From an uncultured delta proteobacterium (GTDB lineage: Bacteria > Myxococcota_A > UBA9160 > UBA4427), in contig CAWGJT010000005.1 in the NCBI GenBank assembly GCA_963822965.1, positions 1,408,001 to 1,472,000 of the forward strand: 64,000 bases of DNA. Reading direction: 5' to 3'. Position 1 is the first letter of the stretch, and each line of letters begins with the position of its first letter. Of the stretch, positions 20,583-30,359 are shown piece after piece. The notes under the pieces were generated by a model, which ran no database searches, was not told where the DNA came from, and saw only the letters and a program-made list of their open reading frames with translations. A program made the position numbers and the translations under genes.

Positions 20583-20690
20583 ATAGGACGAACAAGCCCG
20601 GTTCTGAGTTGAAGTCCGGGTAGTGGCCTTATGTCAAGCCCCTGCGGGTGGCGGGCGGCGGGGCCCTCCGGGGTCCCGGCGGCGGGCGGG
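20583..20690 (+). repeat. Module-boundary repeat, copy B (diverged, with an extra GC tail)
   Basis: ataggacgaacaag...gtccgggtagtggccttatgtcaagcccctgcgggtggcgggcggcggg followed by gccctccggggtcccggcggcggg. Confidence 0.8.
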
Positions 20691-20869
20691 AGGTGCTGCA
20701 GCTCCTCGCGGAAGGTCACACCGCCAAGGACATCGCGGCGCGGCTCCACGTGAGCGTGAAGACGGTGGGGACCCACCGCGAGCACCTGATGACGAAGCTC
20801 CACGTCGGCAGCCTGGCGGGCCTGACGAAGCTCCCGATCCGGGAAGGGCTGACCACCGCGGAGGAGTGA
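20687..20869 (+). pseudogene. C-terminal LuxR/NarL HTH fragment of a response regulator
   Basis: REVLQLLAEGHTAKDIAARLHVSVKTVGTHREHLMTKL; 5' part replaced by repeat B. Confidence 0.8.
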
Positions 20870-21079
20870 GCCCCGGGGCCGGGGTGCTTCGTTGCGACCA
20901 CGCTGGTCGGCGGGCCGCGGGCGTGCGGGTCCGCGTCTCGAGGCGCGGCCCGGTGGACGGGGCCGACCGGGCAGGGAGAGGAAGGTCCCCGTCGGCGCGA
21001 CCGATCCTGGCCGCGTCGCGGAAGCAGACGAGGCCCCGACCGAACGAGACAGCCCCGTCGTGTTCCGGACGGCCCTCGC

Positions 21080-21928
21080 CTACCGCAGCGGCAGGTCGAT
21101 GTGCAGGCCGGTCGATTCCTCGACGTTCTGTCGCGCCGCCTCCAGAGCCGTCCGCGCGAAGGCGCTGTACGAGCTGCGCCCCTCCCACATGTCGTTGATC
21201 TGACGACGAAAGAACTCGAGGCTCTCGCGCGTGGCGGTCGCGGCCTGGCTCAGGATCTGCGAGAAGACCGTCTTCGCGTTGAAGTACGCCAGCTGCCGCT
21301 GGGCCACCAGCTGCTCGCGCACGTTGAGTCCGAGCAGCTGACACGAGTAGCGGGCCTCCTCGCTGACCGGCTTGATCGTACCGTCCTCGTTGAACTCGAA
21401 GTGTTGGCTCGGATCGAAGCCGCTCGAAGACGGGTCGAGCAGCAGCGCCTCCTCCGGCGGCAGCGGGTCTCCCGGCAGCACCGCGCGCGGGCCTCGGACG
21501 TCGAAGAACTCGGCCTTGCCGGCCTCCACCCCCTCGTCGCCGTGGCGCCGGCGCCGGTTGCAGTCGATGCACGAGGGCAGCAGGTTGCTCCAGTCGTAGG
21601 CGAGCCACCAGTAGCCCGGATGCTCGATGTCCTCGCCGTGGATCCGCACCTTGACGACCTTTCCGGGCAGCTCCCGAATGCGTCCCTTCGGCCGATAGTG
21701 CTCGACGTCGCCGGGCTGGTTCGCCGTGATCACGCACTCGCAGTACGCGCACTTCTGGTGGAAGAGCTCGAGCAGGAAGGGCTTGGCGGCCTTGTAGAGA
21801 TCGTCCGTCAGCTTCACCTCGTCGCCCGGTTGATATCCGTCGATCAGGCGCTCCATGGCCTCGCTCGCCCGCTGGCTCCAGGCTTCAAAGCGATCGTCGG
21901 TGAGATTGGTGCGCTGGATCGGAATCAC
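21080..21928 (-). CDS. HNH endonuclease (PtuB / retron-effector HNH-like)
   Basis: FHQKCAYCE, DVEHYRPKG, YWWLAYDWSNLLPSCIDCN, LLLDP; GTG start overlaps the upstream TGA. Confidence 0.88.
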   Translation of the reverse strand: MIPIQRTNLTDDRFEAWSQRASEAMERLIDGYQPGDEVKLTDDLYKAAKPFLLELFHQKCAYCECVITANQPGDVEHYRPKGRIRELPGKVVKVRIHGEDIEHPGYWWLAYDWSNLLPSCIDCNRRRRHGDEGVEAGKAEFFDVRGPRAVLPGDPLPPEEALLLDPSSSGFDPSQHFEFNEDGTIKPVSEEARYSCQLLGLNVREQLVAQRQLAYFNAKTVFSQILSQAATATRESLEFFRRQINDMWEGRSSYSAFARTALEAARQNVEESTGLHIDLPLR

Positions 21929-24900
21929 GTCTCGGCCTCCTCGGTTCGGGCGTCGGGCGGCGCCTCGCTCTCCGATGGCGCGGCCGGCGCCGCCTCGCTC
22001 TGCGACGGGGCCACCGGCCGCGCCTCGCTCGCGGGGGCGGCGCCGAGGCGGGCCTGGAGCATCTCGACAGCCTCCCTCGAAACGGCCCCCAGGTCGTGAT
22101 CGATCTGGACGCGGATCTCGTTCATGCTCTGGCGCTCGGCGACGGTCGGCCCGTAGTTGAGCAGCCGCAGCTGCCCCGAGAGGCGCTGCAGCTCGCTCTG
22201 CTCGTCGTCGCTCAGCGACCCCTTCTCGTAGAGCTCGAAGTAGCGCTCGATCGTCTGCTCCGCCTCGACGCTCCGGGTCGTCTCGAGCGAGAAGACCGAG
22301 CTGACCAGGATGTCCTCGGCCTTCTGACCGGAGACGTCCTCGGGCGGCACGCGCGCCTCCATCTCGCCCGTGTCCTCGTTCGGGGCGACGACCCGCAGCT
22401 CCGCGTGCGCGACGGCGCCCGCCAGCAGCGGCGAGTGCGACGACGCGATGATCTGGACGTTCGGGAAGTTCTCGCGGGTCAGCGTCACCAGCTGGCGCTG
22501 CCAGCGCGGGTGGAGGTGCGCGTCGATCTCGTCGATCAGCACGATCGCGGGCTCGTGCTCCGGGCTCTCCGAGTGCGGGTACACGTCGTAGAGGCGCTCG
22601 AGCAGCACGCCGATCCAATTGAGGATCGAGCTCATGCCCTGGCTCACGCTGGCAAACGGCACCTCGATCGAGCCGGTCTTGACCATGACCTGCCAGGTCT
22701 TGGGGTCGACTCGGGAGTACTCGAGGCCGCCCCCCGGCACCATGTCCTGGACGAGCGTCCGGAACGTCCGGAACATCTTCGCCGCGCGGCCGTTCGGCTC
22801 CTTCTCGGCACGGAGCGCCGTGTTGACGACCCACTGCTGCAGGTTGTCGAGACGCGTGTCGACCACACCCGCCAGCAGCGGCGCCACGTCGTCCACCGAG
22901 GGATCGGGGGCCGCCATCTGGGTCGGCCCCCGCACCTGCGTGGTCGTCACGCCCCGCAGCGCCGGAAACGCCAGCACCAGGAGCTGGCCGGCCTGCAGCG
23001 CCGTGGTCTGCGGCGAGCGGACCAGCACCGCCTGCTGGTCGCGCACGAGGTTGGTCATGATCCGCGTGGTGCCGATCCCGAGCTCGATCGTGCCGGCGTC
23101 CGCGCCGCTTCGCAGCAGCTGCTGGGCCGCCGACACCGCACGCGGATCGTTGCCGGCGAGCGCCAGCGCGACGGCACGCAGGATGGTGGACTTGCCCCCG
23201 CCGTTGTCGCCGAGCAGGAGCGTCCAGCCGGGCGTGAGCTCGAGCTCGAGGCTGCGAAAGAGCCCGATCGACTCGAGCTTCAGGCTCGTGAGGCGCGAGT
23301 TGCGCAGCGCGAGCCCAGCGCCGCCGGTGCCCGTCTTCCCGCTCGCGGTCGGGCCGTGGCCGGCCAGGGTGTCGACCGCCGTCACCAGCTCGTGGTAGTC
23401 CGGGCTCGGCCGGTAGGGAAGCAGTGTCACACCGAAGCGCTGGCCGAGGCCGGCCGCCCACAGATCCTGCCCCGCGCCCGCCGGTACGACGGCGAAGTGC
23501 CGGCGGTCTTCGGACTCGAGCTGCGCAGGCAGGCGGATCAGGAATTGCTCGAGCCCGTGCAGGCTGAACCCCAGGAAGAGCAGCGTCCGGGTCGAGAAGA
23601 GCGCCGCGATCGAGCGCTCGAGCTCCGGCGCCCGCGCGAGCATCAGGCGGTACTCGCGCTCCGTCAGCACCACGCCTTCCGGAAGCTGGAGATCGCCCAT
23701 CGGCTTGAGCAGCGCGAGCTTTCCGGCGCGCAGCGCCTGCGAGATGCCGTCGGGGCGCGCCGGTCCGAAGGTCTGGACCTCCCGACCGTCGAGCGCGCGC
23801 GCCATTAGGTCGTCCCAGTTCGTGTCGACCACCGCGGGCACCGGCAGCCGTGCGAGCAGCTCGTGGAGCCGGGCCGGTCGGGCCCCGCTCCCGATCAGCT
23901 CCGCACGGAGCGCCGCCAGAACCTTGTCGCGACCGACCAGGTACAGGATCGGCTCGATCGCGGAGTCGGCGCCCTCGCTCGCGATCTTCGCGCGCAGCGC
24001 CTGACGCTGGGCCTCCGGGATCCCGTCGGAGCAGCGGTCCAGCACGTCGAGCCACAGCGAGCGGCTGGTCGGCAGACCCGACTGTGCGGACGTGCCGGGC
24101 CCCAGCACCAGCACCATCTCGCGGCGCTCGAGGGCAGCTAGCACCTCGTGGGGCAGCTCCGGAGGCGAGGTCTCCTCGCCCGGCGCGGTCGAACCCGCCT
24201 CGTTCGCGCCGACGCGCCCCAGCTCGCTGACGCGCTGCCGCTCGACCTGGACGGTGTACTCGAGCTGGCGGATCTGCTGCTGGGACCGGCGTCGGAAGAC
24301 CTGGACCAGGATCGCGGCGACGAAGAGGGCCGCCACCGCGAAGACCCCGATCGCTCGGGCACGCGGATCGTCGACGAACGCCCGGAATTTCTCCGCCTCG
24401 GGATACGCGAGGTACTCGACGGTGGTCGAGGCGATCTCGCGGCGATCGAGCGCGCTGTACACCGAGAGCGTGACGTCGGCGGACGATTCGAGGGAGTAGG
24501 GGGCCTCGACCATGAGGGTGACGCCGAACTTGTCGCGACGCGCGGGCTCGATCGTGGAGGAGCCCGCGGACGGTCCGGCCTTCGCCGCGCCCGAGGCCAG
24601 CGCGTCGGCCTCCTCGCGTGGCGTCGCCCGCTCCGCATCGAGGTACACCTCGAGCACGCGGATCAGCTCGCTCTGGGGGATCGGCGTGGCGAGCGCGACC
24701 GTGAGGGTGACCATCACCGGACCACCGGGACGGAGAACGGTCGGGCTGACCCGGTCGATCGTCGCCGATTCGACGTACACCACGGCGCCCCGCGGAGGGG
24801 GCGTGCTTCCGCGAAGCCCTGACGATGGGCTGGAGCCCGTCGGCTCCTCGATCGGCGCCGCGGCCGGCGCTTTCTCCTGGCGCTTCGGCGGTGCGACGTT

Positions 24901-25125
24901 CGACGCCGACCCGATGGGCGACGAAGGCGACTTCACGCGCGACGACCTCGACGGCGACACCTCCGAGGTCGATTCCGACCCCGAGCTCGTCGAGTCGGGC
25001 CTCGCGGCCAGCGCCATCGGCGAGACGAGCGCCGATGCCGCCAGCGCGAGAACGGCTCCGATCACGCGCGCGCGACACATGTCCGACCGCCGGTGGGCGT
25101 CGGGAGTCTCGCCGCCGCTGCCCAT
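21925..25125 (-). CDS. Signal peptide/TM-anchored SIR2-like + ABC/AAA ATPase (PtuA-like) fusion
   Basis: Signal-like VIGAVLALAASALVSPMALA; TM AIGVFAVAALFVAAILVQVF-RRR; SIR2-like VLVLGPGTS..GLP, DTNWD, LLFLGFSL; Walker A GDNGGGKST, SQG signature, LIDEIDAHLHPRWQ, SSHSP; start at 25125 or 25080. Confidence 0.8.
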   Translation of the reverse strand: MGSGGETPDAHRRSDMCRARVIGAVLALAASALVSPMALAARPDSTSSGSESTSEVSPSRSSRVKSPSSPIGSASNVAPPKRQEKAPAAAPIEEPTGSSPSSGLRGSTPPPRGAVVYVESATIDRVSPTVLRPGGPVMVTLTVALATPIPQSELIRVLEVYLDAERATPREEADALASGAAKAGPSAGSSTIEPARRDKFGVTLMVEAPYSLESSADVTLSVYSALDRREIASTTVEYLAYPEAEKFRAFVDDPRARAIGVFAVAALFVAAILVQVFRRRSQQQIRQLEYTVQVERQRVSELGRVGANEAGSTAPGEETSPPELPHEVLAALERREMVLVLGPGTSAQSGLPTSRSLWLDVLDRCSDGIPEAQRQALRAKIASEGADSAIEPILYLVGRDKVLAALRAELIGSGARPARLHELLARLPVPAVVDTNWDDLMARALDGREVQTFGPARPDGISQALRAGKLALLKPMGDLQLPEGVVLTEREYRLMLARAPELERSIAALFSTRTLLFLGFSLHGLEQFLIRLPAQLESEDRRHFAVVPAGAGQDLWAAGLGQRFGVTLLPYRPSPDYHELVTAVDTLAGHGPTASGKTGTGGAGLALRNSRLTSLKLESIGLFRSLELELTPGWTLLLGDNGGGKSTILRAVALALAGNDPRAVSAAQQLLRSGADAGTIELGIGTTRIMTNLVRDQQAVLVRSPQTTALQAGQLLVLAFPALRGVTTTQVRGPTQMAAPDPSVDDVAPLLAGVVDTRLDNLQQWVVNTALRAEKEPNGRAAKMFRTFRTLVQDMVPGGGLEYSRVDPKTWQVMVKTGSIEVPFASVSQGMSSILNWIGVLLERLYDVYPHSESPEHEPAIVLIDEIDAHLHPRWQRQLVTLTRENFPNVQIIASSHSPLLAGAVAHAELRVVAPNEDTGEMEARVPPEDVSGQKAEDILVSSVFSLETTRSVEAEQTIERYFELYEKGSLSDDEQSELQRLSGQLRLLNYGPTVAERQSMNEIRVQIDHDLGAVSREAVEMLQARLGAAPASEARPVAPSQSEAAPAAPSESEAPPDARTEEAET

Positions 25126-25133
25126 TCCGCCCC

Positions 25134-26471
25134 TCACACCTTGATCGTCGTCACGTTGCACATCTCGGCCTTCTTGAGATCGGTCGTGCTCAGAAGGTCG
25201 GTCTCCGTCTTGAGCGCCTCGAGCAGCGTCTTCCGCGGCACCTCGGTGCGCTTCTTCGTCGTGCCGTGCTTGCCGGGCATCGTCGAGATCATCGTCTCGA
25301 GCCGCCGGCCTTTCGCGGCGCCGCGCTTCGCGAACTTCTCCCAGAGCAGCTGCTTCGGCGTCGCGTTGCGGCTGCCGTGGTGGCCGACCTTGTAGAAGTC
25401 GACGCCGGCCAGGAGCTTCTGCGTCGCCTTGTGGTCGGGCGCGTCCTGGAGCGCGTAGCTCCAGTTCTCGATCTGCGCGTCGCCGGGGAAGAGGAGCTTC
25501 TTCTTCCCGACCTCGAAGAGGAGGATCAGGCTCGTGTTGTTCATCTGATCGTCGAGGATGCGGACGATCTCGAGCAACTGCTCGTTGGAGAGGACCGAGA
25601 GCCGATCGCAGAACCAGCGCGCCTCGACGGGCAGCGTGGCGCGACGCTTGCGGCCCTTCACGGCGCCCACGTCGAGGGCGCCCAGCCGGCCCACGGCCCT
25701 GGCGCCGCCGATCAGCTGCCAGAACTGGTCGGGGTCGCTCGAGCGCATCTTCTTGATCTTCTCGGTCTGGGTCAGATCCGGCGGGCCGAGTACCCGGACC
25801 TTTACACCGGGCAGGAGCCGCTGGAGGCTCGTCTTCGCGCCGTGGTGCAGCCACTCGGGCTTCGAGGCCTTGCCCATGGCGATCAGGTTCTCGACGGCGG
25901 ACTTGTTCGCGATGTTGTCCTCGCCGAGGAAGCGCAGCTGCTTGACCGTCGCCTCCGACATGCTCCGCGGCGGGTTGCGCGTCATCTGCTCCACGGCCGC
26001 CGCGATGTCGCCCATCGCCGAGAGTCCCGCGACGAAGCTCTTTCGGCTGCGGCTGGAGTCGCGAGTCGCCTGCTTCGCGTCCCTCTTCGCGCCGGGGTCC
26101 TCGGTCCAGGGCTGGAGCACGAGCTTCGGCTTGCACGCGGCGATGATCTGGCCCGAGCGCCCCGACCTCGTATCGGTCGCGAAGCCGCTGATGTGGTCGG
26201 CGTGACGATGGGTCGCCACCACGGCGGTGAGCCGGCCGCCGCAATCGTTCTGGATCTCCTTGGCGACCGCCGGCATGTGCTTGGAGGGCTTCAGGCCCTT
26301 CGGCAGCCCGGTGGTGCCGAAGTCGATCAGGACGTGGCGCTTGTCCTTCGATCCGTAGACGAACGACATCAGGAAGCAGTCGCCGAACCCGACCTGGTAG
26401 CTCCGGATCTCGACGGACTGGGGCTTCTTCGCGGTCTTCTTCGACGACTTCTTCGAGGACTTCTTCGCCAT
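25134..26471 (-). CDS. Metallo-beta-lactamase-fold hydrolase (ComEC/Rec2-like)
   Basis: VGFGDC, LIDFG, THRHADHISG, NNTSL, FPGDAQ, KVGHHGSRN. Confidence 0.88.
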   Translation of the reverse strand: MAKKSSKKSSKKTAKKPQSVEIRSYQVGFGDCFLMSFVYGSKDKRHVLIDFGTTGLPKGLKPSKHMPAVAKEIQNDCGGRLTAVVATHRHADHISGFATDTRSGRSGQIIAACKPKLVLQPWTEDPGAKRDAKQATRDSSRSRKSFVAGLSAMGDIAAAVEQMTRNPPRSMSEATVKQLRFLGEDNIANKSAVENLIAMGKASKPEWLHHGAKTSLQRLLPGVKVRVLGPPDLTQTEKIKKMRSSDPDQFWQLIGGARAVGRLGALDVGAVKGRKRRATLPVEARWFCDRLSVLSNEQLLEIVRILDDQMNNTSLILLFEVGKKKLLFPGDAQIENWSYALQDAPDHKATQKLLAGVDFYKVGHHGSRNATPKQLLWEKFAKRGAAKGRRLETMISTMPGKHGTTKKRTEVPRKTLLEALKTETDLLSTTDLKKAEMCNVTTIKV

Positions 26472-26474
26472 GGC

Positions 26475-28373
26475 TCACCACCCCTGCTCGGGAAAGTGGC
26501 GCGCGTCGATCGCGCGCTGTCGATGCAGGGCCGAGAGGCGTGCCGGGCTGAGCCGCGCCTCCTTGGCCTCGACGCGGATCAGCCCGGTCTCCCAGAGATA
26601 CGCGAGGCGCTCGGTCTGTCGCGAGCCGAAGACGTCGTTGTGGACGTGGTACTTGAGCTTCCCGTACTCGTCGAAGATCAGGGCGCCGCCGCCGTAGACC
26701 GGCGTCGTCGGCTCGGTCACCGGCTCGTCGCCGCTTCCGTTCTCGTCCGCGTCGTTGGCCCCGGCGCTCTTCAGCCGCTTCTTGCGGCGCTGGTCGGCGG
26801 CGCGTCGCTCGGCGCGCAGGGCATCGAGGTATTTCTCGGGGAGGTCGATCATCTTCGCCTTGGCCTCCGCCGGGGTCAGGCGCGCCACCTGGTAGTACTG
26901 AGCCACGGTCTCGTGCAGCGCGAATCCGTCGGGCCCGATGCGGATGCAGGGCCGCACCGTCAGTACCTCGGTGTAGGCTCCCTCGCGCACGTCGAGGGCA
27001 TCCCGGTTCTCCCAGAGGAAGCGGAAGACCTCGTCGCGGTCGCTCCGCATCGAGTCGAAGCGCACGCGGCCGTACTCGAGGCCCTGGGGCGCACGCTCCC
27101 ATACGCCCTCCGGATCCCTTCGCTTCGAGGTGGGCTCGATCCCGTAGGCGCGGAACGAGGCCAGCATGTGCTCGCGCAGGTGCCAGCGCCGGTCGTCCGG
27201 CCAGACCTCCATGTCGGCGGTCAGCGCGGCGCTCAGTGCGTCGCCGAACTCGAGGTGCACGGGCGGCATGTAGTCGAGCGCGCGGATCCAGACCGTGGAC
27301 AGGATCCCAGCGATGTCCGAGCCCTCCTCGGCCACGCGCGCGATCGAGTGGAGCCTCTGGCCCGGGACCTTGGCGGCCTGCACCCGGGCCGTCCACGCCT
27401 CGAGGAAGGCGTTCATCACGGCGGCCACGAGGATCTCGCCGCGACGATGCGGCTCCTGGAACTCGGGATCGGTGATCCAGGACCGGCTCGGCAGAATCTT
27501 CGCGCTGCGGCGGAGCGCTTCGCCCCGCACCATCTGTATCGCTTCGCCCATCTGCTCGGCGAGGCCGAAGAGCGCGGTCTCGCGCAGGGCGTCGGCGGTG
27601 ACGTCGCTGTCCTTCAGGTACCCCTTCGGCCGTGTCCGTGTCTCCGGGAGCCGGAGGAGCTCGGTCAGCAGCTCCTCCTGCGTGAACACCGAGAGCAGCG
27701 CCACGATGTCGGCGAAGCCCTCGTGGAAGGCCGCCTGGTCGGGACCGGAGGGATCGAGATAGCGCTCGCGCAGCGCGTCGATCATCGCGTGCGTGGTCTC
27801 GTGGACGACCACGTCGTGGGAGAGGCAGGTGTGGACGTTCCGGCCGTCGGGCCCCGGGAAGTAGCCCAGCACGAGGCCCTCGCCCTCGCGCGAGTAGAAC
27901 GCGTTGGCGTCCATCACGCCGTGCGGGGCGACCTTCAGCTGGTGCACGCCGAACGACCAGCCGATGCGGCGGCCCAGCGCGAACTCGAAGCGGGCCAGCG
28001 TCTTCATCACCAGCGCGTAGGCGTTCTGCGCGTGGAAGCGGTAGTCGTCGACGATCTTGTCGGCACCTTTGCTCCAGGCCTTCGGCTCCGCTGCGTAGGA
28101 GGCCGGCAGCGCGTGGGCCCCGTGGTAGTCGGCCGAGCTGGCGTCGTAGTCGACCACCTGGACCCGGTATCCGATCGGCCCGGCGACCAGATCCTCGGCC
28201 GGCACCTCGATGGCGGCCATCAGGATGCTGCCGTCCGCCCGCCGCACGCCGGGATCCTGCGCGATCACCGTCATCGGTCGCGTGGCGGGGCGCGGCGGGG
28301 CGGTGGGCGGTGTGCTGGACTGGCCCGACGGTGCAGGCGCGGACGCGGCCGCACGCGCGCTTCGCTTCGCCAT
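26475..28373 (-). CDS. Gluzincin metallopeptidase (M4/M36-like), no obvious signal peptide
   Basis: ANAFYS, DVVVHETTHA (HExxH), AFHEGFAD (third ligand), EPHRRG. Confidence 0.82.
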   Translation of the reverse strand: MAKRSARAAASAPAPSGQSSTPPTAPPRPATRPMTVIAQDPGVRRADGSILMAAIEVPAEDLVAGPIGYRVQVVDYDASSADYHGAHALPASYAAEPKAWSKGADKIVDDYRFHAQNAYALVMKTLARFEFALGRRIGWSFGVHQLKVAPHGVMDANAFYSREGEGLVLGYFPGPDGRNVHTCLSHDVVVHETTHAMIDALRERYLDPSGPDQAAFHEGFADIVALLSVFTQEELLTELLRLPETRTRPKGYLKDSDVTADALRETALFGLAEQMGEAIQMVRGEALRRSAKILPSRSWITDPEFQEPHRRGEILVAAVMNAFLEAWTARVQAAKVPGQRLHSIARVAEEGSDIAGILSTVWIRALDYMPPVHLEFGDALSAALTADMEVWPDDRRWHLREHMLASFRAYGIEPTSKRRDPEGVWERAPQGLEYGRVRFDSMRSDRDEVFRFLWENRDALDVREGAYTEVLTVRPCIRIGPDGFALHETVAQYYQVARLTPAEAKAKMIDLPEKYLDALRAERRAADQRRKKRLKSAGANDADENGSGDEPVTEPTTPVYGGGALIFDEYGKLKYHVHNDVFGSRQTERLAYLWETGLIRVEAKEARLSPARLSALHRQRAIDARHFPEQGW

Positions 28374-29608
28374 CAGCCGACCCCCGAGTCCGGGTACGGA
28401 AACGCCTTGGGCGCCGGCAGCGACGTGTCGAGCCACGAGCGGACCGACGCGTCGCAGACCGCGTAGCCCCAGTTGATGAGCCGCTCCTGGGTCCTCGCGT
28501 CCTTCTCGCCGAGGTCCGTGCCGACGCGGGCGAGCTCGAGCGTCTGCTCGTGCGGACACGGCAGCTTGTCGGGGGCCCGGAACACGTCGATGTCGACGTC
28601 GATGTCCCAGAACGCGCCGAGGCGGTCGCCGTTCTCGAAGGCGTTCATCAGCAGGCGCTTGCGGAGCGCCCGGACCTGGTTGTCCACGACGTCGATCACG
28701 CGCTTGCCGAGGCCGGCCCAGTTTCGGGGCACGTCCTTCTCCGGCTGGAAGGGGGCGCCGGCGTCACTGACAAGCAACGTGCGGAAGCGCTTGTAGGCGG
28801 TCTCGAGCCCGAGATTGTCGTAGACGCCGCCGTCGGCCAGCGAGACCTCGGTGGTAAAGGGCGGCCGCTGCAGGTCGTACTCGCCCTTCCCTCCCGTGTT
28901 CGGCGTGAAATCGCTGTCTTTGAACTCGAAGGTCGCCGGTGCCAGCACCGGCGGAAATGCCGACGAGGCCGCGACCGCGCGGGCGATCGTCACCTTGTCG
29001 GTGTGCCGGTTCTCGCCGACCTTCCAGTCGCGCATGTAGGGCGACATGAAGCGCCACAGCGCCCCGGACTGGAGGTTCGACGCGTTGATGACCCAGCGCG
29101 GCTGGGCGGGAAGCTGGCTCAGCGCCGCCTTCTCGAACAGGTGCTTGTCGTAGGCCTTCGCGAGATGCTCGTTGATGGACCCGGGCATCACGATGTCGGC
29201 CAGCACCTTGATCGCACCCTCGAGCGTCCCCGAGGCGAGCGTGACGCCGGCGAGCGCGCGGATCGGCTTCACCACGGCGCTCTGGTAGGACGCCACCAGC
29301 TTCTCGGGTGTCGAGAAGTCGAGGCTCGTCCACCGAAGACCCAGCATGCCGGATATGATCGAGCCGCCCGAGACGCTCGAGACGCGCTGCAAGGTCCCGA
29401 CCGCCTCGGTCCTTCCGCCCGGAAGCTGGACCGTGCGGTCCCCGGGGCTCAAGAGCCCCAGCTCGAGCAGCCGCCACAGTACACCGGTGTGAAAGAGCAT
29501 CGCGCGGTAGCCACCGCCGGAGAGACAGACGGCGATGCCGTCCTGGAGCCGCTCTTCCTTCTCACCCGGGAGCGGCGAGGCCGGGGCAACGAGGGCCAGG
29601 TCGGGCAT
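28373..29608 (-). CDS. Patatin-like phospholipase
   Basis: LSGGGYRA, SSVSGGS nucleophile motif, AASSAFP, ADGGVYDN; RBS ggagaacctccATG. Confidence 0.9.
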   Translation of the reverse strand: MPDLALVAPASPLPGEKEERLQDGIAVCLSGGGYRAMLFHTGVLWRLLELGLLSPGDRTVQLPGGRTEAVGTLQRVSSVSGGSIISGMLGLRWTSLDFSTPEKLVASYQSAVVKPIRALAGVTLASGTLEGAIKVLADIVMPGSINEHLAKAYDKHLFEKAALSQLPAQPRWVINASNLQSGALWRFMSPYMRDWKVGENRHTDKVTIARAVAASSAFPPVLAPATFEFKDSDFTPNTGGKGEYDLQRPPFTTEVSLADGGVYDNLGLETAYKRFRTLLVSDAGAPFQPEKDVPRNWAGLGKRVIDVVDNQVRALRKRLLMNAFENGDRLGAFWDIDVDIDVFRAPDKLPCPHEQTLELARVGTDLGEKDARTQERLINWGYAVCDASVRSWLDTSLPAPKAFPYPDSGVG

Positions 29609-29944
29609 GGAGGTTCTCCTGAAGGGTGGGTGGAGGTGGTGCAAAGGCGATGCCGGGGCTTCCGGCGCGTTCTAGGCATCCTCAGAGGCTTCCGCTGTCC
29701 ACGGCGACAGACGGATGTGTCCAATCGATGGACAGTATCTCACTCGAGGGGTGGGTGATCCATTGGTGTGAGGTAGGGGGTTGCAGTCGGTACTCGGCGG
29801 CGTGAGCCTTCCTTCGGGCGTGACAGCGGCGGGGCCGCGAGACGCCGCCGTAGCGGCTACAGCGTGGCGTGGACGGCAGCCCAGGCGTGGCACGGGAGAT
29901 AGGAGACCGAGGGGCCCGTCTCAATGGTGGAGCGGGTGAAAGGA

Positions 29945-30029
29945 GAGGATAGGACGGACAACTCGCGTTCTTGGCGAAGGTCCGAGTAGGAGCCTTATGT
30001 CAATCGCCCTCCGGGATCCCGGCGGCGGG
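29945..30029 (+). repeat. Module-boundary repeat, copy C (full, 85 bp)
   Basis: gaggataggacggacaactcgcgttcttggcgaaggtccgagtaggagccttatgtcaatcgccctccgggatcccggcggcggg. Confidence 0.9.
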
Positions 30030-30149
30030 ACGATTTCAAGCTGCGGAAGCGGTGGTTTGGCGCCCGGAGCGGCTCAGCGGGGATCTCGAGGCGAGCGGGA
30101 GTCCACGGGGTATGGGTGAGGCCGATGCCAGGGGCACCGTTCGGACCTG

Positions 30150-30358
30150 CTACCAGGGATCGGCGAAGGCTGGGGTCTGATCGAAGTCGTCGTCCGTGAG
30201 ATCCCCCTCGACTCGCACGACGCCCGCGCTCGCCGGGGGTGCCGGCGGGGCGCGGGCAGGCAGGTCCAGGCATGCCAGGATCTTCGAAGTCCCCTCCGGG
30301 TCTTCGATCGCGGCGAGCAAGCGCAGGCGAGCACCGCACTGTGGACAGCGAAGCGCGT
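30150..30358 (-). pseudogene. IS91/ISCR-family (Y2 HUH) transposase C-terminal fragment
   Basis: DALRCPQCGARLRLLAAIEDP...KILACLDLPARAPP..PA is typical of IS91-family C-termini; enclosed by inverted repeat copies C and D. Confidence 0.75.
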
Positions 30359-30359
30359 C

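Noticed and set aside
21961..22030. cgcctcgctc repeated three times at 30-bp period, possible mini-CRISPR
   Set aside because: Only 10 bp, in frame, and encodes the SEA-containing low-complexity tail of the ATPase; no cas genes present.
21080..25078. 1332-aa ORF
   Set aside because: Only the last 282 aa (HNH, GTG at 21928) look real; the rest is an alternative frame of the ATPase gene.
21080..25125. Retron (Ec78-type) call for the ATPase + HNH pair
   Set aside because: No reverse transcriptase or msr-msd region found nearby.
21925..27396. 1823-aa ORF as one giant protein
   Set aside because: The part upstream of ~25125 is Arg/Gly-rich off-frame read-through overlapping the real MBL and peptidase genes; only the last ~1050 aa have domain motifs.
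24825..28466. Long antisense ORFs (e.g. 24825-28466 +, 32864-34615 -, 36347-38161 -, 10599-12140 +)
   Set aside because: Shadow ORFs opposite well-supported genes, expected from high-GC codon bias; no domain motifs.
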